From: Ptychomitrium polyphyllum
Lineage: Eukaryota
Assembly: GCA_973851085.1 (NCBI GenBank)
Contig: OZ316776.1
Coordinates: forward strand, 744,001 to 808,000
DNA: 64,000 bases
Direction: 5' to 3'
Of the stretch, positions 1 to 13,009 are shown one piece after another. Numbering within the stretch: position 1 is the first letter of the stretch; the number at the start of each line of letters is the position of its first letter. Under the pieces are notes generated by a model. The model saw only the letters and a list, made by a program, of their open reading frames with translations, did no database searches and had not been told where the DNA came from. The position numbers and the translations under genes were made by a program.

Positions 1-1504
1 ACAGCTAGGAGAGTCGAGGGTGGACGCCAGTGCGTGCATATAGCCGTCTTCGCTATTGAGAGGGTCTGTACATAACTGAAGCAAGTCTTTCTATGTCTAC
101 GTTAGAGATATTAGATTAGAGAAAGCCCATGCCTTGCAGATCGTCAGTTTCTTTGAGTTACCATTGGTTACACCGAGTTCTTTTGTTTTGCAGGGCTTTA
201 GCGCTGAGGTTACATTTTACGCCATTAAATACTTTTTTGGTTTAGAATATCGTTTTGTACTCGCTTTGCAGTAGACAGCATGGGATGGCCTCGTGAATCT
301 ATAGAATTAGGAGTTGGTGATGGCTTTAAAGCTTTAAGGATCAAACCGATCGAATGGACGGACACTTAGTTTCGATCAGTGCTATCTCCATTCGGGTTTA
401 AGCTTTGTGGATTTTTTCCATTACGAACACGTATTTTCAACATGCGTCCAGCTTTTGAAGTCTTACAACCTGAGGAAATTCTACTCTCGAAAACTTCCGC
501 TCCAACACATAGTTGCCTCGAAAGCAAATGGTGAGGGGGATAAATTAGTAAAAGGTGACAGGAGTTCGATATCTTTAGCAACAGTCTGAAACTTTTGATC
601 GGAGTTGTCTGGTAATAATTTCTCGTGCTGTCTGGCCTTCAGTGCTGACTGAGGCATGACAATTTTTCTATGCTGTTAAGAGATCTGTCTGGGTCGTGGT
701 GGTCCGTTACCTCACATTAAGTTGAACGGTGTATCTTCGGGTTTGGTGTTGATCTAATTTATGAGGGAGACAACGAAATACCTCTCTCAAAGCAGATCAT
801 TGTCATGTTCGATTATGAACTTTGTGTGAGCATATTAACGGAGGTCAAGATTGTAACTCCATCAAACATCTGAAATTGTCCTCGTTTTCTTGGGACAGTA
901 GAATTAGTTTATTAACGACCACTTACCATGCAATTAGAACAACGACGATCCTCTCAAGGCAAAGACAATCAATCAACTGTGCATCAATCAACAATTGGTG
1001 CACAGACGTGCAACTGTTACAGATTGAAAACGAAATGCACCTCCTGTTCACACAAATTGTGAATGAACAGGACGGCAGTAATCCGATTCTTCAAGTTCTT
1101 ATTAAGACTGAAGCTCCAATAAGATCACTTGATCTGAAAGTCCAGTATAAACGAACAAGTCACTCCACTGCAACGTCCTCACAGAAACTCCAAATAACAG
1201 CTCCTGAGGAAATCACAAAGCTGATCTCGAGTTCACAAGTGCAGACCACACGAACTTCTACTACTCATCACCATCACCGCACCAGATCCTCACAACATTC
1301 CTCCTGCAGACAAAAGAACAACATCAACAAACTAGATCCTTCGACATTACCATCCACTTTCAGAAGGGAAACTAGTTGCACAGGTATTCCGGGGCTCAAC
1401 AAAGTGTGTAGAAGATCATTCGCCATGATTGTGAAAAGAAAAACTGGTTGCACAGAAACTCCTGAGCTCGATGTAGAGTCTGCAAACCTTTTTGGGATAC
1501 AACT

Positions 1505-1957
1505 CTAGAGTGCAAACGAGAGCTTCTTCTCGTGGCCGATCTTGACCTCCAGGCATTTGCTACCATTCCAGTTCACGGTCTCGCAAGCGGTCATTGCCAA
1601 CGTCTTGAGGCATTTCGGCTCAATGAGCTTGAAGAGCGTCACCAAGTTGAGTGGGAACGACTTCGTCACCGCCACGCCCTTGTCTGTCGTCACAGTCGCA
1701 CACAAGTGCACCACCGGGCTCGCGCAGCTCACCGCGACTGGCCCAATGGCGGTCCAGCATCCCGGCTCCGCCGTCACCTCCTTCCCTACGATCTTGCCCG
1801 CGGTGGACAGCCCGACGGAGACGCACCGGTCGGCGACGTTGTGGATGACGCACTTGAGGGAGAATGTGTCTGGTGTCTTCGGTAGGATGTGCGCCTCGGT
1901 TACAAACGCGGACGCTACCAGAAGGATCAGCGATACGAGGAAGGCGAGTTTCGCCAT
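1505..1957 (-). CDS. Small secreted cysteine-rich protein (150 aa), family unassigned
   Basis: Intronless GC-rich ORF with ATG in gcgATGG context. N-terminus MAKLAFLVSLILLVASAFVTEA looks like a signal peptide. Mature part has 8 Cys and beta-strand-like alternation. Confidence 0.75.
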   Translation of the reverse strand: MAKLAFLVSLILLVASAFVTEAHILPKTPDTFSLKCVIHNVADRCVSVGLSTAGKIVGKEVTAEPGCWTAIGPVAVSCASPVVHLCATVTTDKGVAVTKSFPLNLVTLFKLIEPKCLKTLAMTACETVNWNGSKCLEVKIGHEKKLSFAL

Positions 1958-3160
1958 CGCTGAAGGAGGAGGTGTGCAAGAGGAAGTGGAGGTGTGAGGC
2001 TCAGTTTCTTGAGGGAGAAGGGGAGTCTTACATCGTTTTGGGCACGCCGTTTCTTACCCCGTTCTTACCTAATTTGAGTGGCATGCGTTTTTGGGTTGTG
2101 TACATGAGTCATGAGGTTTGAAATGTGTCGTGATGGTGGCGGAGTTGCTGGTTGCAATAGCTGGAAAATAGAATCGGCACATGCAATTAGCAGCGTTGGG
2201 GGGCCTACGATGGCGGAAATGCTGTGAAGGAGATACTTTCCTGCTGTAGTAGAGACTCGGGATGTAGGGATTTCGAGCAGTAATTAGAAGTGCCTATTAT
2301 TTGGAGATGCTCGCTCCGCGATTTGCGCACGCCATCACAGTTTGAAAATCCTAGGTATTAAGAAGGTCGAAGCATGTTTTCACTTGCTTCTTTCGATTTT
2401 CAGGAAGTGCTCGAAAAAGACCCCTTTAGTTTCCGGCAAAAAGATTTTTCTAAACAAGTTTCCCAACTTCGAAAGGGCATTTCTCCTTCCATGATTATCT
2501 CCTCGCAATATAAAATGTGCACGTGTAAGTATTAGACAGATTTTAATCAGGCAGTCGAGATTAAAGCTTTGACGCCAATTCGCGCCATGTCCGCATTCAA
2601 AGTCGAGTGCTCATACATCGGAATGAATCAGGACGAGTAGACGCCGAGTATCATAACGAGAATCATACCAGTGGCACGGAAAGCGCCACTCAAATGCTGC
2701 AGATCACAGAACCTGAACTCATGAAAGCTGCGCATTGACCATATTGTCACTGGTATATACTAGGAACGGAGCCATGTGTGACATCGATAACAGACCTGCA
2801 AGATATGTTTCAGTTCAATCTTGACCAATCTGCCTTTTGGATGCAAAGAGGATCACTTCAATCTGAAACTCCTACGTTATCTAATCATGATTCCTTCTTT
2901 TAAGTAAGGATGTATTTCGTTGCAAATCCTAGGATGTTTCAACCCTAACGCACAGTGTGGTCTTCAGTGGAACTGGCTGAAGACGTTAGACATGATTTCT
3001 TGCACTCTTGCACATGCGTCTGTGTTAGCAATTCAAGACTAGATGTTCAAAGATTCGTGTCACCCACATTAAGATGTTCCCGATCAACGCTTTTGAACAT
3101 GAAACCTCGATGGCTAGTGATGCATGAGTTCAGTTGGGTTTCAATCTAGTTCAGTCGCAA

Positions 3161-4134
3161 TCACTGTGCCGTGAACGTATTGTTGCCGATTCTCAAATTA
3201 TCGCCCTCTAGCGCAGAGTAGGCTCCGTCGTAAACGAATCCAACAAGCTCTTTGTTCCGAAAAGCCATCCACCCCATGTCGTACTCGGAATTATCAACCA
3301 CCAGGTGGATACCGAAGCCTCTACAATCTGAAGTCGACTTCTCATCTCCTACTGATTCTGAATGCGAAGATGAACTCCGGCTGTCACTCTTCTTTCGCAT
3401 CACATAGTTTCTCTGCTCAAGCTTCTTCCCGTCCTTGAGAGCTTGCATTAAATTTGGAAACCCTTGCGCATCCACGAGCATGAACCTGCCTTGCACCAGC
3501 GACCTGTAGTACCGCTCATCCTCGAAATCCTCCTCAACATAAACCTCCTTCTCCTCGACAGTCTGCACGATAAGCTCACATCCCGAGCTACTCGAACCGC
3601 TCCAATCGTACCGATCGACAAAGACGATACTCAGATTCGCAAAGTTCCCGTTGCCACCGAGCCCAGCCTCGGCCGCCCTCCGCAGCACCTCCACACCGTC
3701 CACCTCGACGTGATGGCACACAAACCCCACGTGCCACGGCTCGCCCTCAGAATTGTCTAGAAACGCAGCTTCCACCTTCCACTCGCCCTTCCAAGCAGCG
3801 ACTTTGTACCGGAAGGAGCTCGCTACCACAGTCCCTTCGCCGGAGGAAGCATCATCACTCTCCTGTTGCGGTCCGAGCTCTGTGTCCACCCCTGTGCAGG
3901 CGAAGCCTTCGATCACCGTCTGCACTTGCCCCCACAGAAGCGTCCCGCTTGTGCACGTAAAGAACACAGGGGATGCCTTCACATCCGCACTCTCTTGGAG
4001 GATGCAAGCAAGCTGAGCACAACAAAACGGCAATCAACAAAATGATTACTCTACTGCAAACTTGGAGCATCTTGACATAGGAAATAGTCATGACATGAGG
4101 AGTTAGTGAAAGTGAATACCTGTTGCTTGGCCAT
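3161..4134 (-). CDS. Uncharacterised ~288-aa protein, 2 exons (4134-4120, 4012-3161)
   Basis: Long open frame with globular composition. A 15-nt first exon ATGGCCAAGCAACAG|gtattc joins in frame through a 107-nt GT-AG intron (4119-4013) to tgctcag|CTTGCT. Confidence 0.7.
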
Positions 4135-5442
4135 AGTAAGCGGTTGAGAGTCTGCCATGAGGAGGTGAAAAGATAGTGGTCACGGCCTGCAATGACAGTC
4201 AAGTCTAGGTCATACTTGTTACTTGTGATGCGGTCGCAAAATACACGTGCTGCAGCAAGTGGGAGTATTATTATTCCATGTGATGCTTGTGAAAGTGAGT
4301 CTGAGCATGATTCTGCGCATTAAATCGGTCTTCAGGGGCGTGTTATAGTAATTGCATTATTGGTTGAAATTGTTAACGACAGCCTACAATAGTTATATTG
4401 ATTGTATTGTCGAATGGGTCACGGCTCTTCTTTCTTGGCAATAAAAGCCAACTCAGCTTTAAGGAAATTCTATTAAAAGATGCTCCCTACACAATAATTT
4501 GACCTCGTTTTTAACCGCAACTCAACAAATGCACAGATCCTTTCCTGCACTACGGAAAACAGCCAACACAAAATTTGTATCTCGTCGCGGTCAAATTTAC
4601 AAGCCTAGGCTCCGCGTTGAGAATGACCGCTAGTCACCACTATCCATTAACACAACCAATGATATTATGCCTATAAGGTGCTTCACAAATCCAAGGCGTT
4701 CGAATACATCAAATGAGAAGCCCCAGATATGAACAGAATGCTCGGCTTGCAAGAATTTTCGCAGAACCAGCTTCCCAGATTGTGCACGGGCCTGAGTAGC
4801 TTGACATGCAACTTTACCTAAAACAAATTTTCTTGCAACAACTTCGTAACAAACATCCATTGCATGAATCTGGCATTTGAAAGTTTGAGATATAAACTGA
4901 GGAAAAAACTATCCAGAAAACGTATGTACGTTCCGGAAGTGCTAAACTGCCTTCTCTCCAGAATGTAGAAATCCCTCAATTGAACTAATCCCAACACAGG
5001 GCTCAAACCCATGTTCAAAAGTTCAAACCCAAGCTTGAACGTCAATCTTGTCCATGGTTCATTCCTCATTAACATGAACCTCGAAAGTAAGCCAGAAATG
5101 CGTACCAAACTAGTCACAACAACCGACAAAACAATGTTTTTAATATACTAAACTATTGTGACCAAGATTTGGTTGAAAAAGGAATTCGTGTCCAAATCTT
5201 GTGCAACCACATTCTGGGAATGCTCATCCCGAATTCTAGGGACTTGGCAGAGAGCTTCAATGGTTTGAGATGGATCAGTAACAAATTTCATGAGTGGAGA
5301 CTATAACAAATGATTGACAGAATCGTATAAGGTAGTTTATTCTACACCTACTGCTCACTGATGTGTGATAGAAATGCTGGCTGTGATTTAACTACAAAAA
5401 TTCAAGCTCCATTCTATCTACTGTAAAGCTCTGAAACGTCCA

Positions 5443-8400
5443 CTACAAAAACCTAGAAAGATTTCTAATTTCTTTCCCATTCCCACCTGTGAGATAGTAA
5501 AGCCTGATCAAATCTGCATCCCCTGGCTCCTGTATCGTCAACTCCCGACTGCACCCAACATGTACACACCAGCAATCAATCCGTGGCTTCCACAACAAAC
5601 TGAACAATTAAAAATCAGAGCAAAGGTTCAAAAGAAGGATTGACAATCAACCCAAGTTTACATAAGTGCCCCTACGTCATGTTTTGACAGCGGTCTCCTT
5701 AAAGAGGGCGAACGTAGTAGGACTAATAGAGTATGGTAACACATACCTGTGATAATACTGAAGAGCAGTACTAGCCTCAAGAGGGCTGTACCGTGGAAAG
5801 TCGAGTCGTACACCTTTTGGGACATCCGGTAAGTGCAGAGGGAGCTTTCCTACAGCATTTGAATGAGAAAATGCTGTGACCATCATTTCCATCGATCCTG
5901 CCATAGGTCGGAAGGCACGAACCTGTCACAACAATAAATCGTCTATAGTGAGCGACTTAACCTCAACAAACGGTCAATGGCCTTGCATTTGTTGTTTATT
6001 CAAAACATGCATGTCAGTCATTCATAGTAATTCAAAGAAAAAGATATAAACAATGGCATATACCATTTCAAGTTGATGAGCGTGAATGGGTTTCTTGGCT
6101 TTCACTCCATACTCGGTGAAGACAAACCAGCTGTTGTACTGAAAATTCAGAGAACAAAAAGAACGACGTTAATCACTAGAGGAGGTAAATTTTTAAGTAG
6201 CTAGTACGGGCTATATAATTCATCAATCTCCACTAAACACCCGCATGAAGAGAAGTAAGTTAAAGGCTAGCACTTAGCTACAGCTGAATTCGTGTAATTC
6301 GAAATGGGTTTAAGAATATACTCACATCATCGATTGCGATCAGAACAGGGACACCCTTAACGAGAGAGAGTTCTTTTCGCAGCCTGATCACAGTGCCTAC
6401 TCCTGCATGAGACATTGATAGACCTTTCTCCACCAGTTGTTTCAATGTTGCTCCCTGAGGTAAAGTAAACTCCTGTGGACCACGAACACGAGGAACACCA
6501 GCTCCTTCCCCAAGGGGAACTGGGTCAGGAACATTGCATGGCAAAGTATCCAAAAGTTCTGAGTGGCTCTTGAGGAATCCCTGCATTAAGTGGCATCAAG
6601 TGGGATTTCACATTGTCATCAGTAACAAAACATTTCAGTACTTCCACTAGTATGTGAGGAAAACAATGAGGAACCAAACTAAAAGAAATAACAGTCATGT
6701 AATGTACAAAGATAGGCAAACACTAGAATTAACATCCGTGGAAAACTGGGCACTATTCATTCTGGTGCTAGCTCTAGCATGAATGCCCTTGAAGTATGCT
6801 ACTTGTGTTTACATGAAAGAAAGATCAATGTTTACACACAAACACCCAACATACCTCCAAAGCCATCTGAGCAGTCACAGGAGTCTCTACAAGGCCTGTT
6901 TCTGCATTCCTGTAGTACAAACTTCCGTGGGTCCAACCTCTCCCACTAGGAATATAGAATACGAGCCACCCTCGGGCACGAGCCCATTGCACAAGCATAG
7001 CTAAAGCAACGCTCTTCCCACTGCCCTCTGGACCGTCTAATAAAATGTGCTTCTTTGGCTTTTTAACTGCAGAAAAATGCTTCACGATTAATCAAAAAAA
7101 ATCCACCTACTTCAACTTCGCAGCTCTATGCTTGCTTTAAAACTCATACACAATAAGCTATATTCAATACAGAATTAAGTAACAGCCAGAATTGTACCGA
7201 ACCTGAATCAGACATTGGAACGTTGACTGCAGGGACTACTTACCATTCGCATCCTTAGCAGGCAACTCGAACGCGTCATTTCCTGTGACGTGTCTCTCCA
7301 AAAGGTTGCATAATTGTAATACTTTTGGACGTAGCATCAAAGAGTTAGCTTTTGTGACTTCGAACTCCTTAACTACCCCTCGAGGTAAACCCTCTCCAAA
7401 ATATTTCAATTGGTCCTCTTCACTACAAAATTCAGAACACAAGGTAAATGATTACTTGTGTAATGTCCTTGGCCTACTAACTACTACACATGACTTACAA
7501 AAAGGCAAAGCAGCCGCAAGGCAAGTGAACTCCGATAAAACGAGAACTCATTTTTAACGATTACAGGGCAGTTTATTGCCGTGTGAAGCAGATGCTCTTA
7601 ATCCTGCCAATTTAATGGCCCCCTCCAAATTATCACCTCTCTGGTCGATGCTCTTGGTTTGAATTTCTTCAATATTGCGATAATACTCTCAAGAAGACTA
7701 TAAGAAGCTCAGAAGCTCGAAGCAGATGTCCTAATAAAGTTTTTTCGTAAAAAGTATAGCACCCTGACTTCATTGGGCATAACCCTACACCTCGACTTTT
7801 GCCAATTGATTGCAAAGCACATTACTCAAAGGAATTAGTTGCAGGAACGAACGAGTCCAGAATACACAAGAAAATTAGTGACATTTTTACCTGAAAGTAA
7901 TGTACTTCATGACGTCGTCCCCACTGACATCCACCAGACTAGAAGCAGAAGTAAACATCGCCAAACCATCTTCCACCTCGCTATCCTCCCCTACACCGAT
8001 TTCACGAGTCTCTTCAGTTTGAACAAGATCGTCACCCTCTCCAACTGTTAAATCCCTCTCCCCAATGGGTGCCACAGCTGCGAATCTCCTAACTCCCAGA
8101 GAAGACAATTGCGAACACGGAACCATTGCACGACAGATCGTCCTGCGTACCTATGTTACAAAAAGACACTTCCAGCGTTATTCTTATCCCTCGAGCAGAG
8201 AACCCTCATAATCCCATCGTCGCAAGCACAACATGACACTAAGACAAAGACAAAATAAAATAGCAAAGCAAAGCAAAGGCAATCGTGTCAAATTTAGTTT
8301 CATGCAAGTGAAAACACAAGACGACGGTAACACAACCGACATAAGAAAAATTCTCACTTTACAAAACGATCATGGCAGCAAATGCCGTATTGCTGACCCA

Positions 8401-9182
8401 ATTAAAAACAGAATAATCCGAGTTCAAAATGAACTCAAATTTTCATGATAACAATTGCAAGAACAGATCCTATCACTGTTGGTCCACTTTAGACAGCTCA
8501 ACATACAGTCCCACTAACTAAATAATGACAATCTGATAAACCGACATTTACCTTCAAAAATCGTCCTGAATTTGGCATTCCCATATTTTGTGAAGCTAAT
8601 ATTTCTTTCTGCGGAATGGTGTTTTCCACCTTTAAACAAACATCCTTTAACTGATACAAATCTTCCCATGACTCCTGAGGTAGTTCCCCTGCTTTCCCGC
8701 CACTACCTGCAAGATTGTGCACACGTACGTCGAAACTCATGAGACTAGAATCTCTGCCCTTTCACTCCAAGAAAGCCCTCGGATTTACATAAAACGTGTT
8801 CAACACTAAAACTGATTTTCGAGGTCGAAGTCGAAAATTCAGAAAAGCTGAGACCTAAAAAGCACTAGACACCTTCGCACTCTACCGTACAGTGAAAACC
8901 TTTGGCAGTTACGAATTACACGAAACACGGAATAAACATTCAGAAATTCTAAAGCACCGATGACGCAATACTCATCACCCTCGCAGTACTCCGCCGTGCC
9001 ATACAAAAAGACCGCGAAACACACGAAATCAAGCCATTCCCGTAACACAGCACGGTACCGTCAACAATGGTGGCCTCAACTTCGTTGGGATCGCGCCCGG
9101 CCACAGACAAACCCGCGAGCCCCGTCCTCGTCCACTGCACAGCGATAGCCACCTCACCCCTCCTGAGCAACCTGGCCAACAT
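5443..9182 (-). CDS. DAP3: Mitochondrial ribosomal protein mS29 / DAP3 family, multi-exon
   Basis: Arg-rich presequence-like start MLARLLRRG. P-loop ILLDGPEGSGKSVALAMLVQWARARGWLVFYIP, Walker-B-like VPVLIAIDD, C-terminus LYYLTGGNGKEIRNLSRFL*. Exons are bounded by GT-AG introns. Confidence 0.9.
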
Positions 9183-9426
9183 GGTGCCCAACCGCCAGTT
9201 CCTCTCCCCCACTCCAACAAACGAACCTCCCTAACAAGGCCGGTTGCAAACCCTAAAACCCCGAACACAGACGCCGCACTGGCTCATAAGAAAACGCAAA
9301 GATCCCTTCCCTACACTCACCACCTACATGACTCCATAACACACGGTCGAGCGGACCGGACTATGCGCCATACCCGTCTGGAAGCTCCAGCGAAGAAAAT
9401 GAAAGACAATGCGAAACTGGAGCTTC

Positions 9427-9494
9427 AAACCCTAACCCTAAATCCTAAACTCCAAGCCCTAAAACTCTTAAACCCTAAATTCCTCAAAATCCTA
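9427..9494 (+). promoter_or_regulatory. Cluster of telo-box / degenerate telomeric (CCCTAAA-like) motifs upstream of the mS29 gene
   Basis: aaaccctaaccctaaatcctaaactccaagccctaaaactcttaaaccctaaattcctcaaaatccta. Another AAACCCTAA lies near 9248. Confidence 0.55.
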
Positions 9495-12400
9495 CACCTC
9501 TGACAAATGAGCCCTGCCTTCGGTGAGAGAGGGAGACTTCCCCGGTAACAGGGAGCTCAGTAGTCCTGTTGCCGTGGTCCGAGAATAGAGCACGTTCTCC
9601 ACTCTGAAAAACCCACTTGCACCTGATATGGTGTCCAGTATCACATGGCATTTAGGAGCACGCGATGTTTAGAGTCACATGATATATAGTCAATGTGAAT
9701 CACTCTATGGTGTATTTGTGACGCTATTTATACATATCCTATAAACTACCTTGTTCTAGGGAAAAATTTGTTGGCATCTATTACTGGTGGAAATGATTCA
9801 ATCGTTTATGGTGAGATTTTTACAATTGATGACATTAAATATGGTTTTTAGTACCTTTGTTGGATGCCCTCGTTTTTGGATTCTGCTATAGTGCACCTCT
9901 CTAAAATGAACAGCTCAATTTTCTAATTTTAAAGACAAGACTAGAAATATTATTTTGAGACTATAAAATTTAAAAGGAAGTAGGGAGGGGACCAGCCTTC
10001 CTCTATAGTACTCTCTGTGGGATTTGGCTGGCCCCCTGGCCCTCTGTAGCTGGCTAAACCCCGACACACCCAAAACTTTAGAAGACCACCTGACCTCCTT
10101 TGGGACTTAACCGCTAGAAGCCTCCGAGACTTCTTACGGACCTTTAGGGAGCCACATCTTCCACGTTTGGTGTCCAAATCTATCAAGCGACCACTCTATC
10201 GTCATCTACTCTTTGTGTAAATGCGAATAGACTCCTCAAACGTCCAATTTGACTTAGTATTCTGGGAGATATGCTTCTCATAAGGTTACGGACTTCCGAG
10301 GAGTCCTTCCTTACACTGTCCCAATCCAGTACAGTCACTGTCTAGGGCTGCCACAATCCAGAACAGCCCCTTGGTAGCCCCAACTTTGGGATGCCATATC
10401 TTTTAGTTCCTTTGTCCAATTTGAGCAATCTTTAGCATTCTAAAATCAGCTCTTCGTAAGTCCTCCAATGCTCATAATTTATCCTTCGTAACCCTCGGTC
10501 TACATGGGCAAGGATGTTTCTCCCCCTTGCGATCCTTCTCACGCTAGGCCTACTCGATTCCCCTCACTATTGGCACCACAAGTCCAGAATGTCATTACGA
10601 AGTCCTTCTTGTGCCCTTAGTGTTGTAGGCACTCCTCAAAGACATGTGCATGACATTGCTATTTAACACTTTATGAAGTTTTTATTTTTTATGATGGATG
10701 AATGAATCATTAGATTTGATTTTTAAACCAAGCATATTACAAGGGTGGAATATGACTGCATGCATATTTATATAAATAATTTTATATAATAACATATTTG
10801 CCATAAATAACCAAAGAATTGACTACACATGGCATTTTATAATGGTTTGACAATAATTTTTGTTAAAAAAATAAATGTTGGTTACTTTTGTAATTTTTCA
10901 CACGCTCTGCCAAATTTAGTCGATATTAAATTAACTAATTCTTACATAAGTATTTCAACTACTTCTTAATATATCACTTTGATTAGTATTGCCATTCAAT
11001 CTAAATTTTTATTCTTAGTTGTAAAAATTTATGCTAAATGAATATTTTTATTAGAACAAACTTAATGAAATTAATCACACTAAAAGGACCTTATTGACAT
11101 AGTTGGTGAAAAATACAACTTACATAAAAAGTTATAGTATTAAAATCAATTAGTGTATGTGGCACTATGAGCTAAAAATAGTTTAATATTTTAACATGAT
11201 ATATTATACTAATATTTGTAGATTATGGATACACTTGTTTTGATATTGACTACAAATTTAAATGACTCAATAGACATAAAATAATCCTTATAAAAACTTC
11301 TTAATCAATGCCTACTTGATATTTCACCTGAACTATTTGCACTTGTCCTAAAATAGACATTTTCTTTCATCAAATGCACGGTACTTAAGGCATTAGCTTT
11401 CATAGAGTTTTTGAAGCAACATTTATGATGTGTAAGTAAGCTGTCTTCAAAAACTATGAATTCAGAAGTCAGCACCTGCAGAGCTACCATGACATGGCTG
11501 AAGTAAGAAACAGATCAAATGCTACAGTATGTACAACTTACACATGACCAGAGTGCAATTCATAAATTTATTGATCAAGTTCTGTTACATTAGGTGAGGA
11601 TGTTTATGCTGATAATAATTTGCATTAAAAAGTAACCAAGCCTACGAAGATTTCTGCACAGGTTCGATACTGCTTTCTCTTTTTGGCGAAGGTTGGGCTT
11701 TCATTATTGGGTTACAAATGAACTTGTGGAGAATCGTTACTATACTGCAGATTTGTGTGTGCACGAAGGGCAAACTTCTCAGTGAAGCTGGTTGTCTTGC
11801 ATCAAAGTTGCGAAGTCTGATCATTGCTTCTTGTCTGTTTTGTTTCTAGGGTGAAAACACTGAGGTTTCTAGGTAAATCCGTAGTATCTCAAACGTCCGG
11901 TTCAACACCATGGGATCTTCGGGAACTCGCTGCTGACGCAGGAGCTAATGCTGTTGATCGGCTTATGAAAGCAAGAAAGAGGACGAGACGAACCATTCTA
12001 ATCTAGCACTAGAAAATAGCAATCTCGGCGATGGTGGAGATGATCCCTCCCGTTTTGATGGAGTTACCACTGGGGTACTGTTTGATCCGTTTCGTTTTTT
12101 CATCTGCTCGTTTTGTGCTGAATTACGAAGGGGACCCAGCCATGCAAACAGTTATAGTTCGAAGGCTCTTTGAGCAGGCTGTTTTCACACTCAATCTAAA
12201 GTATTTTCTGCTGTATGACCATGCTTGCATGTAGCGACATGGTGCTTTTCGGAAGTGTGCTTGCATGTCCTGATATGGACAACAGAACGCGATGACCATC
12301 GGGAAGCAAGCAACGATGGTTATCCACGCATCACTACGACTGAAGCTGAGGATGTCCAGGAAGGGAAGCAATAGAAGCAACACAATCATAATCAAAGCAC

Positions 12401-13009
12401 TAACACAACCTGTGAGCTGACACTTTATCTATACCCCTTAAAAACTACAAGAATTTTTCACATATTCAACCAGAACCTAACGCACAACATCTCAATCAAG
12501 TTACATTCTAGTAAGATGTTTCTTCAAGCTCGAAAACTAACAAATCCAAGGAATCAGAGTCTGCATTGCATAGTTGGCGAGATGAAGCACATCACTACCA
12601 AAACTTCTCGATGGTACCCTTTCCATCCACCGAACGGTTTAAGCGGCTCATTTAGTGTAAGTCAACTGAGGGAATCATATTGTCCATGAACAACATAGTG
12701 CCAACAATTTCTTGAGCTTGGGCGAAAAGGAAATGGTTTTGATTGAATATAGTGCTAACAACCATGATATTGCCCATGAAAAAAGGTCTGATACAACTCT
12801 AATATAATTAAAATTGCTACTTGTCCATACTATTGGATTTGACCCCTTGACATTCTAAAAACATAGCCTCAACTATATAAATCATGCTATTCAAATATTA
12901 CTTTGGCTTCAATAGACTCTTGATTCATCTTCATTTTTAAATAGCGTTGTTTGTTAAAACACATTCTAAACCATTTTTTATATTCTCTAATTGTTGTTGA
13001 ATTAGCTTC

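Noticed and set aside
822..1508. 228-aa plus-strand ORF
   Set aside because: Starts at TTG, is antisense to the likely 3' region of the secreted-protein gene, and has no recognisable motif.
1532..1997. Several overlapping ORFs
   Set aside because: Shadow frames of the GC-rich gene at 1505-1957.
9950..10640. Possible LTR-element fragment with a purine tract near 9972-9990
   Set aside because: No TG...CA ends, primer-binding site or gag/pol motifs found.
11640..12420. Short ORFs with hydrophobic starts (possible peptide gene)
   Set aside because: No consistent gene model or known peptide motif.
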